DNA from: Rhynchobatus australiae
Taxonomy: Eukaryota
Direction: 5' to 3'
DNA length: 64,000 nucleotides
NCBI GenBank assembly: GCA_034780895.1
Contig: JAUZTB010000087.1
Location: 101,164,910 to 101,228,909, forward strand
Shown: positions 52,845 through 64,000 of the stretch, piece by piece
How the letters are laid out: the number at the start of each line of letters is the position of its first letter
Numbering within the stretch: position 1 is the first letter of the stretch
Program-made: the position numbers and the translations under genes
The notes under the pieces: model-generated
What the model saw: the letters and a program-made list of their open reading frames with translations, nothing else
Databases searched by the model: none
What the model was told of the DNA's origin: nothing

Positions 52845-53670
52845 AGAACATAAGAAAATAAGAAACAGAAGCAGGAGTAGGCCATTTGGCATCTCATGCC
52901 TGCTGATTTACCTCAGTACCACTTTACCACACTAACCTCAAATCCCTTGATTCCCTTAAGCTATCTGGCTTGAATGTCCTCAGCAACTGAGCATCTGCAG
53001 CCTTATTGGGTAAAGAATTCAAGAGGTTTACTACCCTCTGGATGAAGAAAATTCTTCTCACCTCTGCCCTGAATGGTTGAACCCTGAAATTGAGACTGTG
53101 ACCACAGGTTCTAGAGACTCTGGCCAGGGGAAATGTACTCCACACATTTATCCTGTCAAGTCCCATAAGAACTGTGCACATTTCAATTAGATCACCTCTC
53201 ACTCTTCTAAATTCTGGAGCATTTAAGCCCAGTTTGTGTAATCCTTCTGTGTATAACAAACCTGTCATATCAGGAATCAACCTAGTTAACCTATGGTGTA
53301 TGCTCTCTATTATTATGCAGGCCTTAGGTAGGGAGATTGAACCTGTACACAGTATTTCAGATGCAGTCTCATGGGGATGGCTACATGCAAGTTAACTTCC
53401 AGTAATTTCTTTACAACAACACTCCGGTCGCTTTGAAGTCTAACACCTTTCAAATGCTCACCACGTAAAAAAGTACTCTGNNNNNNNNNNTCTGCATTTA
53501 TACCAAAGTAGATGACCTCATGTTTCTGCATCAGCCATATTTGCGCCCATTCACTTACCCTGTCTATTTACCCTTGAAGTCACTCTTCACCTCTTTCACA
53601 GCCCATCGGGCTTTATATCTTCAGTAAACGTGGGTATATTTCATTTGCTCCCCTCATCCAAATCACTGAC
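52845..53670 (-). mobile_element. Older CR1 LINE 3' part
   Basis: MIPDMTGLLY.E.L.KLGL...EFRRVRGDLIE...RTCGHSL...FFIQRVVNLLNSLP; HLKYCVQVQSPYLR. Confidence 0.85.
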
Positions 53671-54289
53671 ATGGGCTAGCAAGTCCAGTTTACATCCGGT
53701 GGACATTGGGCGAGTTGACTGAAGGAATAGTTGCAATTCAGGATGGCAATAAGAATCCTGACCTTGCTTTGGGAAAAGCCATTTAAGGGACTGCAAATGT
53801 TTGTGGCTGTGGTTTCTGAAAAGTATATCTGCTTTTGTATCTTTGCCAGTTACTTGAAGGGTAACCCCGAAATTGGAATGTGATGGACAGGAAGTATGCA
53901 CTCAGGGTGTTGGGACAGATTTTTCTCTTCAGGTTCACTGAGTTCCTCATCAGAAATTGGCACGTGGAGCCTGAGAGGAGGAGAGTCTGCCTTTACCTGT
54001 TAGAGAGGGAGTACCAGCCTTCAGAGACACTCATCTCCATGCAATGGCCTCTGCTGGCACCAGTGTAACTGAATATGGGGACAAATGGTTACTGAAGCTC
54101 TCATACAAGCATTTAGCATCAGCAACATAAGGGCAATTTCTCCCATCAGACTTCACCCAATGCGCTACCGGTGTTACACATCACAAATTCAACTCTCTTC
54201 CCATCATATTTTTGTTAGAAGTCCTACAAGGGGCCACCGGGCAGTGAAGGCCAACAGTTTGATGTGCTTTTAAACTTCTCGCTGGGTGA

Positions 54290-54430
54290 GGTATTTGAAA
54301 AGTACCCAGAGTGAAGGTGAGGTGCCGTCTCCGAACCTTGCACCAAACTGGTTGACCAAAGATGGAGAAGTGAGAATAGGAAAGGGTAAAGTGTGTGACG
54401 TTGGGAGGGCTGGGTCTCACAAGGAGGAGG
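54290..54430 (-). mobile_element. Possible Penelope GIY-YIG C-terminal remnant
   Basis: VTHFTLSYSHFSIFG...KVRRRHLTFTLGTFQ resembles the Penelope ORF end (HF..PSHS...SILGL...EQHLIF.LGTLQP). Confidence 0.4.
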
Positions 54431-54819
54431 GGTTTGGCATACTGGATGTGGATGTGGATTGGATCCATACCAGACTCTGCTGAATGGCTAGGTCTATTGG
54501 AATGCAATGCAAGTGACAGAAATAGGTCCTTGGATGTATTCTCCATTTTCTCCTGCATAATTCATCATTTTGTTTCCAAATTGCAGCAAGCATCCCCTAC
54601 TCTAGCAACTCTTCTCTAGACAACGTACAAAACCACTCACCACAGCTTTTCCCTCAACCCAGGAGACCTTAAAAGACTTTGCTGCTCAGCTCAACTGATA
54701 AATTTAAGTGGCTGCAATCCCAGAATAGGAGTCAAGCAGAAACCATTCCCCACTGAGAAAACACCCCAAAACAGCAAACTGCAGGAGGAACTAAGTGGGG
54801 AGTGGAGATCTTCACTCTC

Positions 54820-54958
54820 CACTCTCAGTCCTGCTGCAGGGTCCCAACCCGAAACTCTGACCGTCCCTTTGCCATCACGGATGCTGCTTGACCCGCTCAT
54901 TTCCTCCAGCAGTTTGTTCTTCCTCCAGATCCCAGCATTTGTGGTCTCTTGTGTCTCC
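54820..54958 (+). mobile_element. Penelope-derived terminal repeat
   Basis: CCTGCTGCAGGGTCCCAACCCGAAAC...GATGCTGCTTGACCCGCT...CCTCCAGCA. Confidence 0.6.
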
Positions 54959-55602
54959 GAGAATACATCCAAACTTGGCAGTGAACGGAAGTCTGGCCTG
55001 TATAAAATTGCAATGGAAAGATAAGAGTATCTGACAAACTCCTCCCTTGACTGGGAACCAGATGTTTAGATCTGAAGTTGATTTGTATCAAGCCAGACTA
55101 AATACTGATGAGAGGGTTTTTTTTCACTTGTTTCTGACTTGGTGATTGTCTAGAAGAACACCTGAATTCTGGCACCTGTGTAAACTGTCTGGGCTGTCAA
55201 TCAGTGCATTCCCCTTCTCATCTTGTGACACCAGCCTGTCTCTTTGGTTTCAGGCAGCAGAGGGAAAGGGGCGTGGTGGGGGTGGGGTCAATCAAGATTG
55301 CAGCGACGTGGGTTATGATTTAGCTTTTATCATGACCTGATATAAAAAATTAGGACTAACTCTTCCTTTTAAGTTTGAAAGCGTCAGGCAGGTACTTAGT
55401 GCAAATTCTTTCAGACAAATACACAGGTGTCAACTCATCCTTTCTGGTGAGAAGTGAGAGTATCAAAGGGTTTAAAGGGAAAAAAGGGAACTAATTTTTC
55501 AGCAAAATCTTGACTTGAAGTTCTAACCCTGCAGCACAAATGATCGAGACGTTCTTTCCTTTTCCTTTGAAGTAAGACCGAATGTTTTCCTGTGTCCTGC
55601 AG

Positions 55603-55794
55603 GACATAGACAGAAGTTGGAAGAGCAGAGTAAGAGTGCTGGCCTGGCCTTCTCAGAACGGCTCAGTGAATTAGAGCAGCTACGTCGGTCGGCCATGAGG
55701 CTCAGCCCTCATCACCCCACTACCGCTCCCAACCCACGGCCCTCACTGAACCCCACAGCCGCCTTTAACCCTCAGGCACAGACCCAAATTCAAG
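55603..55794 (+). CDS. RUNX1: RUNX1 post-Runt exon (192 nt; end of NLS, Sin3A-interaction region)
   Basis: Acceptor ttttcctgtgtcctgcag, then (R)[63 protein letters not shown]+G, then donor GTAGGT at 55795. Phase 1/1, in frame with the previous exon. Confidence 0.96.
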
Positions 55795-58700
55795 GTAGGT
55801 ACACAAGAGCTATGCAGAAAGAGGCACGGCAAGTCTAGCATCTCTGCTAATTTTCTTTTGAGTACTATGTTGAACAATTTTTTTAAAAGTAGCTTTGCAA
55901 TTTGTTATGGTATCTGCAGCTTTCTTTGATGTATCTAGCTTACCATATTTCATGAAAGGTGCCTTAGACTGTGCCATTACTAATCAGAGATGAACTTGTT
56001 GTTGTTTTCAAATAACAATATCCTTCAGTTTATTTAATCCTTCAATCATATCAAGGCATGATCAGACAGTGGAAACATGATAATACCTGTCCTTGTAGTG
56101 GGCAGACTCTGTTCCACAACTTGTACACACAAATGACAGCTTAACCATCAGATTCATTGTCCAACATCCAGTCTAACATAGATGTGTATAATTCAGCCTT
56201 TAGTGTAAGATTAAGCACCTGTGTAGAAGAAGAGAAAACACAGTGGTCCGAAAGTTGATGGTTTTGCAATCTACAGTATATTCAAAACCAGCATTTATTT
56301 TTCAATTCAAAACCACTTATCATAAATGTCTAACCAAACTATTGATTTTATTATTCTAATAAAGTACTGTGGAGTAACGACAGGACAAAGCTCACATGCA
56401 AAATACAGTCTTTGATTGATACATGCTCAGGCAAATGATCCCTGCACTAAATGCCAACCTTTTGTTTCTTCTAATCCGTTGAAGTGAAAGCACCTGTTCA
56501 TTCAGTAAGTCACCTAAACAAGTTGTTACCTGGTTCTGGCCCCAGTTGTCACCACATCACACAAGCGGGCAGATGAAAGGTCACCTTTGTTCCAGATCCA
56601 CACAAACACTTTCTTTTCATCACAATTATGTGATTTAATTTGATATCTCATTTTGCTGGACTAAAGTGGGCACCTTCCAATGAAGCCCTGTGTCACATTG
56701 CTCAGGCTGTTTAATATTTCTTCAATTTATCAACATACTCATTCAAGTGAACGTGTGGGTTCTTGTCAATTTAGACTTTACGGGTACAGGCTCAGGTTTC
56801 ACATTAAGCTGAGGTTCATTAAGTTCTTCTGGAGTATAGAAAGAAAATGCTTAACAACTGCACTAGTTATCAGTGAAGTTCTGCACCTGTATCTGTGCTT
56901 CCAAACTCCTCTAGAACAGTTCTTTACTTATTGTGTTCTCTTGACCATAATCTGTCATCTCAGATGCCTTGATTCCACTCAGTGCAAATCTCATGTGGAA
57001 TTCATGTGACAGTTCATCATTTCTTTGCTTTCCCCTGTCTCTGTTGAATAGTTTCTACTTTTCCAATGTTGCACTCATATCTGCCCCCATCCCCTTCTTA
57101 TCAACAATTGCTCATGCCCCCTCGTCTCTGCCAGCTTAATGGCCATGTAGTTTTGGTCTGACTCATCTTTGTTTGTAATCTTTCTAAATGCCAGACAGGC
57201 GATTGCTTGCACTAACAGTTACTGCACGGGGTGACTACTTTAATAAAGAGGTATTTACACATTATCTCACTTCTGTACTATCTCCTAATGTGGTTACAAA
57301 ATTAAAGATCTTTATCACAGTAACTGAAACAACACCACCCGAATAGTATACATACGAAGTACACAATTCATTAACCTTTAACTTACTTAACCAGGTTCCC
57401 GCTATGCCTAATGATTACAATGTTAACATTATTCATAAAAAAAAGTTGAAGAGGGGTTTGTTCAATACCACAGTGACTGGGACATTCCGTCCTGTTCTGA
57501 ATCTGATCCCTGTCCCAATTCTGTAGAGAGTGACGTCACATGTTTCCACCCATTTGACGTCATTAAAGGTGAGATTATCGAGTGCCAGAGAGCCCAGTTA
57601 AGACACTTTTGTATTTTAATTGCCCCAGTCCTGATTCCACAAGGTATGTGGCGTTAAAATCAAAGTATTGGTTTTGCTGCCATAGTTAAGGCAACGCGAT
57701 ATATATTCTCCATCACTGGGTTTGACAGGCACTCGTTTGTGTATCTTCCTTTATTGTCCAATGACGTTGTGGCTTCTAAAATGAGTTGATATTCCATAAT
57801 TGGTATTGTCGGGACGATTTCAAATTTACAAAAGCCAGTCATTGACAAGTTGCCATGTGTCTGTCCGGTTGTTTATGTTCATTGACACATATGTGAATAT
57901 TGTGATTGGCAGAATCTTCAAAAAGTACAGATTAAAGCTGTTATATTTAGTGGCAAGAGATTAGAAAGAAACGTGTTCAGATCCAATGCACTTATTACAG
58001 TGTTTTCCATTCTACACAATCCACTACCTTCTCTGAGTCATCTTCTTGCTCTTTTGTGTAGCTCATGTTCCGAGCAGCTTGTTGCTTCTCCTCTCGTGTT
58101 TTTGGATGGCCTAATCTTACATTCCTAGTCTGCAATATTTCATATTGGAACTGCATCTTTAGCATGGCACTAATCTAACTTTGATCCAATCAACTCTGAG
58201 GCAACAGGATTAGTTACGTAACCTTAGTGGGCTATTCACATGGGGAACTGGGAGTGAGAGTGGTTGCTAATTAAGCTAAGATGTACAAAATTGACTTTTT
58301 CATCCATATTTATCTTGTCAGTGTGTTCCATAAGTGATGATTATTTGGGCAGGGACTCAAAGGCCAGATCAAATCATAAACCAGCCAGACTTTGCACTTT
58401 TAGGAGAGGAGGGAAAACTTGGAAATAACTTACTTATTTTAATTTCAATAAAAATAATGTTCACACCGTTCTTTTCTTTTACTTATCCAAAATCAATGTG
58501 TTTTGAGTTTTAAAAAATATTTTAAAAATGTCTTCATAAAATCATTCAGATTTTATCTGCAGGGATTCTTTTCTGTTTAAACCGGAAAAGCAGTTTTTGA
58601 AGCAAAGCTTTTTCCCTGGATGGACTTCAAATTTGATAATTTAAATCACATGTAAAAAGACAAATGGAAGCAGATTTGTTATCAAACCACTATTGTCTTT

Positions 58701-61286
58701 TTATGAATGGACTTTCAATAGTGAGCTACACTACCGCAAACTACTTCCACAAGTTGTATATTTGCTGATTAAGAATAATCACATTACAGCTTCAGAATTA
58801 CGGGAAATTCATGTGTAACAGTGTTTGTCTTTTGATGAGTTCTTATAGCAGTGTGTACAATTGCACTGTATCTTAATGCTTACTGCAATGCTGTGCATTG
58901 TTTCTTCAAGAGATGAGGGTGTATCCGAACGCATACTGTCTTCAGAAATAGTTTTCTTCCCAATTCCTTTCCCCCCTTATCTCCCGACGGAGATGACCTT
59001 TGCCAGGGTGTGGTTCTCTGGTTCTGACTGTCCTCAGAGACCACATCCAAATGTCATTTCTCAAACATCAGTGAAGGTTGGCGGGCTGTTTTATCACAGA
59101 GGACATCATAGCTGAGTCTAATCCTGTCCACACATATGTTCCCCAGAAGAAGTTTGGATTGCAGCCTGGACTAGGAGAATTTTTTTTAACCCCTGTCAGC
59201 ACAGAAGCATTGAGGCTACAGTGCAGCACCAACCTACACTCACCTACCCACTCCATTGTTTGATCTTGAGTATATTCAAGGATAATATAAGTGCATTAAG
59301 GGTAGCAGAGGAAATGGGAATTGACTGGGAAAATGGACAAGATACAAAGCCAGGCACGACCTTGCTGAATGGAGCCTCAGGCTTGAAAAGTCATATGGCC
59401 AGCTCCTTCTTTGAGATTGATGTTCCTGTTTTTGATTTTCCGTGCAAAAACATAACTTAGTCCAAATAAAGAATTGTTCACTGTTGTCTGCTCGAAACAC
59501 ATGATGTATTGTATGCATTTGGAACTCTGCTTCTGAAATTCAGCTGCTGACAGCAGTGGAACCAAATTTCAGAGAAGTGGTCCAATGCACATTGAGTGAG
59601 GTGGCCAATTTCTACCCCTTATTATTACAAATCAGAGATTTCAATAAGCCTTATGCTGAGATTTTCATCAATGCAATTTACTAATGGGCTTTGGAGGGCA
59701 TTCATATGACTTGCAAGGTGAGGCGAAGCCAAACAAGCATGGTCTGATTTTCACAGATAGTCTGCAGACATTAACCCAAGAGCTGGCTATTGANNNNNNN
59801 NNNNNNNNNNNNNNNNNNNNNNNNNNNNNNNNNNNNNNNNNNNNNNNNNNNNNNNNNNNNNNNNNNNNNNNNNNNNNNNNNNNNNNNNNNNNNNNNNNNN
59901 NNNNNNNNNNNNNNNNNNNNNNNNNNNNNNNNNNNNNNNNNNNNTGACTCCCCAGTTTGCTGCAGCAACAGCACCGGATGGCTGGTACATGTTTTTGCTC
60001 AGAGATTTGGCTGAGATCCACGTCTTGGCTCTGAATCAACTCAAACCTAACACCTGTCTGAGACAATGAGCAGCTTGTTAGCTGCCTGTGTCATGGGGGT
60101 CATATTTGGAAGCTAAAGAAAAAGGGGATTCAAAAGAATAATTTTAAGGTAGCTGGCAGTATATTTGGAGGTAAACCTCATAACACTGCTTCACATTCAA
60201 CATGGAATCTGAGATGTGGAGAAAGCCTGTTCTAACCTAGAAAACTATTGTGTTGTTGTCTGGGCACCAGAGGTTGCTGGCCGTTGTGTTCACTGGTCCG
60301 AATGCTCATGATTCTGGGCAAGCTTCCTTAACCCCACCAGTTAGTTCTTTGGCTGCTCATTACTGCAGCTTGTACACATGCACAAATGGTTGCCAAGTGT
60401 CACTGCATTTCAGAGTCATTCACTGTATGTGTGGCAGTCCCGGGTGTTTCTGGGAAACGTCATAAACACAAGATTGCCATGTGACCTGACCACATTACAT
60501 TCAGGTTGTTGCCTGCCAACCACAGGATGTCTCTGGTGGGGTTTCCCCTCAAGATGCATCTGACTTGTCTTCCATGCTGGTCAGGGAGTCAGGTCTGATT
60601 GTTCCTGTGCCTCAAGCAATGGTTTAGGGATTTCTTTGCAGTTACTAAATAACCCTTTGGGTTTACCGCAGTCTCTCACTAAAATAGTGGGTGTTGTTAA
60701 ATTAGTTTTGAAAGAATTTTAACCACAAATTAAGATAAAAATATTTCTAATATTTCCTGGAAATTGCATCCTGGAGAATCACCGGCGCCAGAAGGCAACC
60801 CACACAGTCTTTGAATTGGTAATATTTCTCTTGTGAGCAGACAGATTCCTTTGTTTCAACGCACCCTGATACTGGATGGTAGTAACAGGGTTACCAGTCT
60901 ACATGCCCAGAGTTATTTGCCTGCCTGGGGGCTTCCTGGCAAGGCCCAGTGCCAGTTATAAAGGTGAAAAAAATAAGGCACCAATGCGGGCCACTCGGTT
61001 TGTGTCGGGGCCTCGGAGATGAGGACTTCCTGGTGCCACTCTCCATCTGTAGTGCAGAAGTCCCATAAATGCACCACGTTAAGGCGAACGGGATGGTCCA
61101 GCGTGTTCCACTCTCTCCACCTCACCCAAACTCGTGAGATATGGGTGAGCTAAAAAAGCTGATAAATACCCAAGCCTATTTCAGAAAACAAGATCCAGGA
61201 ATTCCCTCCCCACATGATGAAAGATACTCCAGTTCTGAAAGCCCTTGGAGTACGTCATCTCCTAACAGCTGATGGCTGCTTCATCC

Positions 61287-61448
61287 AAAAGCACTTGGGC
61301 AGGTACAGGGAAAGGAAAAGTTTAAAGGGATATCGGCCAAACGTGGGCAAATGGGACTAGCTTAGACGGGCACCTTGGTTGGCATGGACCAGTTGGGCCG
61401 AAGGACCTGTTTCCGAGCTGTATTACTCTATGACTTTATGACTCTATG
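61287..61448 (+). mobile_element. CR1 3' terminal fragment
   Basis: GGGCAAATGGGACTAGCTTAGA...GGGCCGAAGGACCTGTTTCC...(ATGACTCT)n tail. Confidence 0.85.
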
Positions 61449-61619
61449 GCTCCAGGCAGGCCCAAGGAAGTGAGTGAGTCTGCATTCCCCTTCACATGGT
61501 GAACTGTACCAGCCAAGAAATTGGATTTCAATGTGTTGACCCAAGGAATTGTGGAGGCAACAGCTGACATTGTCAGCAATGATCCCAAGGGAAGGGAGCG
61601 GAGATAGGAGTCCCAGAGG

Positions 61620-61782
61620 TTATTTTAAATTATTTTTAAATTAAATTTTATTTGCAGCGTCGTAACAGGCCCTTCCCACCCAATGAGTCCGCGCTGCCCA
61701 TCTTAAACCCCAAATTAACCTACCCGTATGTCTTTAGATTGTGGGAGGAAACCGGAGCACCCGGAGGAAATCCACGCAGACT
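61620..61782 (-). mobile_element. 5'-truncated V-SINE (subfamily of 1750-2105)
   Basis: TGTGGGAGGAAACCGGAGCACCCGGAGGAAATCCACGCAGAC, AAACCCCAAATTAACCTACCCGTA and an AT-rich tail. Confidence 0.85.
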
Positions 61783-63477
61783 CGTGTTAAATCTGTGGTA
61801 TAAATGCCACTGTCCACCAAACATTCTTCCCATCTTCGTGCCAATTGTTATTCCTTTAGTCCGTCGCCCCAGATAACCAGTGCACTAAAACTTCATTCAA
61901 CAGGAAGAGAAATGCCTTTCCCTCAAGGTTGAAAAGAGGTTTGAAAGGAAAGCACAGCCAGCAGGCAGCTCCTCAGCAAGACACTTGTAATTATTGTGCT
62001 TGGGCCTGTGTCTAAGATTGAGTCACTGAGTCACCGCAGGACCCCTCAGTGAACGACGGCAGAGATAATCCTTCCATTGTGGCATCACCAGTGGTTTAAG
62101 ACATGGACCCACCCCACCAAGCTTGTGACACCTGGCACCCCTGAGTTGTAGCTCATATCTGAAAGGTCTCCAGAAATGAGCCCCTTTAATAATGGACTGT
62201 TCAAATACAGTGTCTCTGCTACTTATTGCCAGCCTGTTAAAATTTTCCAAAACAGGCCTTTGGTGGGACACATGAGAACATTTCAAAATTCTGAACTTCA
62301 TTTGACAAACAGAAACTCAATCTAGCAGCTAATATACAGGGTAACCCGGCATGCCAGAACTCAGGAGCAGAGCTCTTATAGGAAGTAACATCAGAAAGGA
62401 TCAGTGATAGATACATAGAAATTCTCACATGGTGCATGAGAATGTTTCTTTGGGTCTGTTCAGTAGTTATTTAATTCCAGAATCTAGGTGTGGTATTTTA
62501 CTGGATTACAAAGATTAAACACTTTGCCCCAGGCACAGTTATATCTCCATTTTGGCAACAGATGATGTTTTTAAACTGTTTGGTATCTTATGCTTGGACC
62601 AGTGAATACATACTTTGAAAATACTAGGGTTTGGTTCTTATTGCAGATGTGAAATGTGGGGAACATCTTGGTGCTGGCTGTGGCTGTTGGCAATTCACAA
62701 AGCAGCCTAGAAAATGGATTTCACTTTTTTTCTTGTGCTGAACCTGCACTGTGTGGAGCACCAATGTTCAACTGGATCCCAAAATGACACTGAAACTGGT
62801 TTACACCCAGTGACGTGTGCTAAAATGAGATCCGCGTTGTTCCAGAAGGGACCAGCTTAATTGAACTCCAACAATTTGCCGCTCACCAATCTGAGAAGGG
62901 CAGTGGCCCTCAAAGACACACTGCCCTTTGTAGGGAGATGTATCAACACACACTCTGGCTGCTGAGAGGGAGACGGGAGAGAGGGAGTTGGTTCCTAAAT
63001 TCACTCAATGGGACATGGAAGTCCTGGTCAATGAGATACATATCAGAACGGAGGTCCAGTGTGCTGGGAAACTCAACCAGCGGGGCCACCATTAGAAAAG
63101 CCCAGCAGGAAGAGACCACATTTGTCTCCAGCAGAGTGAAAACAGCTGGTGACTGGAGCAATGAGCAAAGAAACTAGATGCAGTGAGTCATTTCAACAAG
63201 GGGATCAGGGACTGGTTCATTGATGGGTTATAACTAGTGTAGTCGGTCCAGCAAGCAAGGATGTGGGGGATTATAATGAGTCGCATGGGGTCTCTGGCCT
63301 CATTACTGTGGGCTGCATTGGTGCGAAGGATGAGAGAGTGGAGAGAGTTGGCGATTATGATTAAGGTTCCTTAAGAAAACGGTCTCTCTTTGAGGGAGCA
63401 CCTTGCTGTCCGTGTGTTCCATCCCATCCTCCTTCACTCTTCTGGGACTCCTGCCAGTGACTTTCTTCATCCTCCTG

Positions 63478-63661
63478 CTTCTCCTAGGAGAATGAGAGGT
63501 TATCTTACAGAAGTGTATAAAATCATGGGGGGGGAGGGGGATCATAGATATTCTAATGCACACAGCCTTTTCCCCAGGGTTGGGGAATTGAGAACCAGAG
63601 GGCATAGGTGAGAGGGTAGAGACTTAATAGGAACCTGAGGGGCAACTTTTTCACCCTGAGG
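63478..63661 (+). mobile_element. CR1 fragment
   Basis: RRMRGYLTEVYKIM...SLFPRVGELRTRGHR...RNLRGNFFT. Confidence 0.8.
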
Positions 63662-64000
63662 GGTATTGGTATTGATATTGATTTATTATTGTCACTTGTA
63701 CCAAGGTACAGTGAAAAAGTTGACTTGCATACCAATTGTACAGGTCAATCCATTACACAGTACAGTTACATTGAGTCAGTGCAGAGTGTATTGATGTAGT
63801 ACAGGGAAAAACAATAACAGTAGAGTAAAGTGTCACAGCTACAGAGAAAGTGCAGTGCAATAAGGTGCAAGGTCACAACAAGATAGATTGTGAAGTCATA
63901 GTGCATCTCATTGTATAAGGGAACCGTTTCAATAGTCTTATCACCGTGGGGTAGAAGCTGTCCTTAAGTCTGGCAGTACGTGCCCTCAGGTTCCTATATC
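63662..64000 (-). mobile_element. Rex1/Babar-type LINE 3' end inserted into the CR1
   Basis: (GGTATT)n TTTATTATTGTCACTTGTACC tail; the reverse strand reads YRNLRARTARLKDSFYP. Confidence 0.75.

Noticed and set aside
55839-64000. Next RUNX1 exon (QPSPPWSY...) or the VWRPY terminal exon
   Set aside because: No such translation in the ORF track or by inspection; presumably beyond the window.

Overview
Eukaryotic, vertebrate DNA; the repeat content (V-SINE/HE1-type SINEs, CR1/HER1-type LINEs, Penelope-derived hairpins) points to a cartilaginous fish. It is a draft assembly with many N gaps. The window holds the middle of a RUNX1 gene on the + strand: the proximal (P2) promoter and long 5' leader at about 28.55-29.97 kb, three Runt-domain exons (29972-30232, 30965-31121, 32195-32299) and the next 192-nt exon (55603-55794). 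All splice sites are GT-AG and the phases join into one reading frame. I found neither the distal P1 exons nor the C-terminal exons (VWRPY end), so they probably lie outside the window. The rest is intronic, with decayed SINEs and CR1, L2, RTE, Rex1, Tx1 and Penelope fragments. I see no new gene system. The points most worth checking are a broad CpG-retaining, transposon-free domain around P2, several enhancer-like motif clusters, two CTCF-like sites, a Met-to-Leu change at the CBFbeta interface, SINEs sharing one head but carrying different LINE tails, and palindromic Penelope-derived repeats with decayed hammerhead-ribozyme cores. Repeat boundaries are approximate and family names are by eye, not from a database search.
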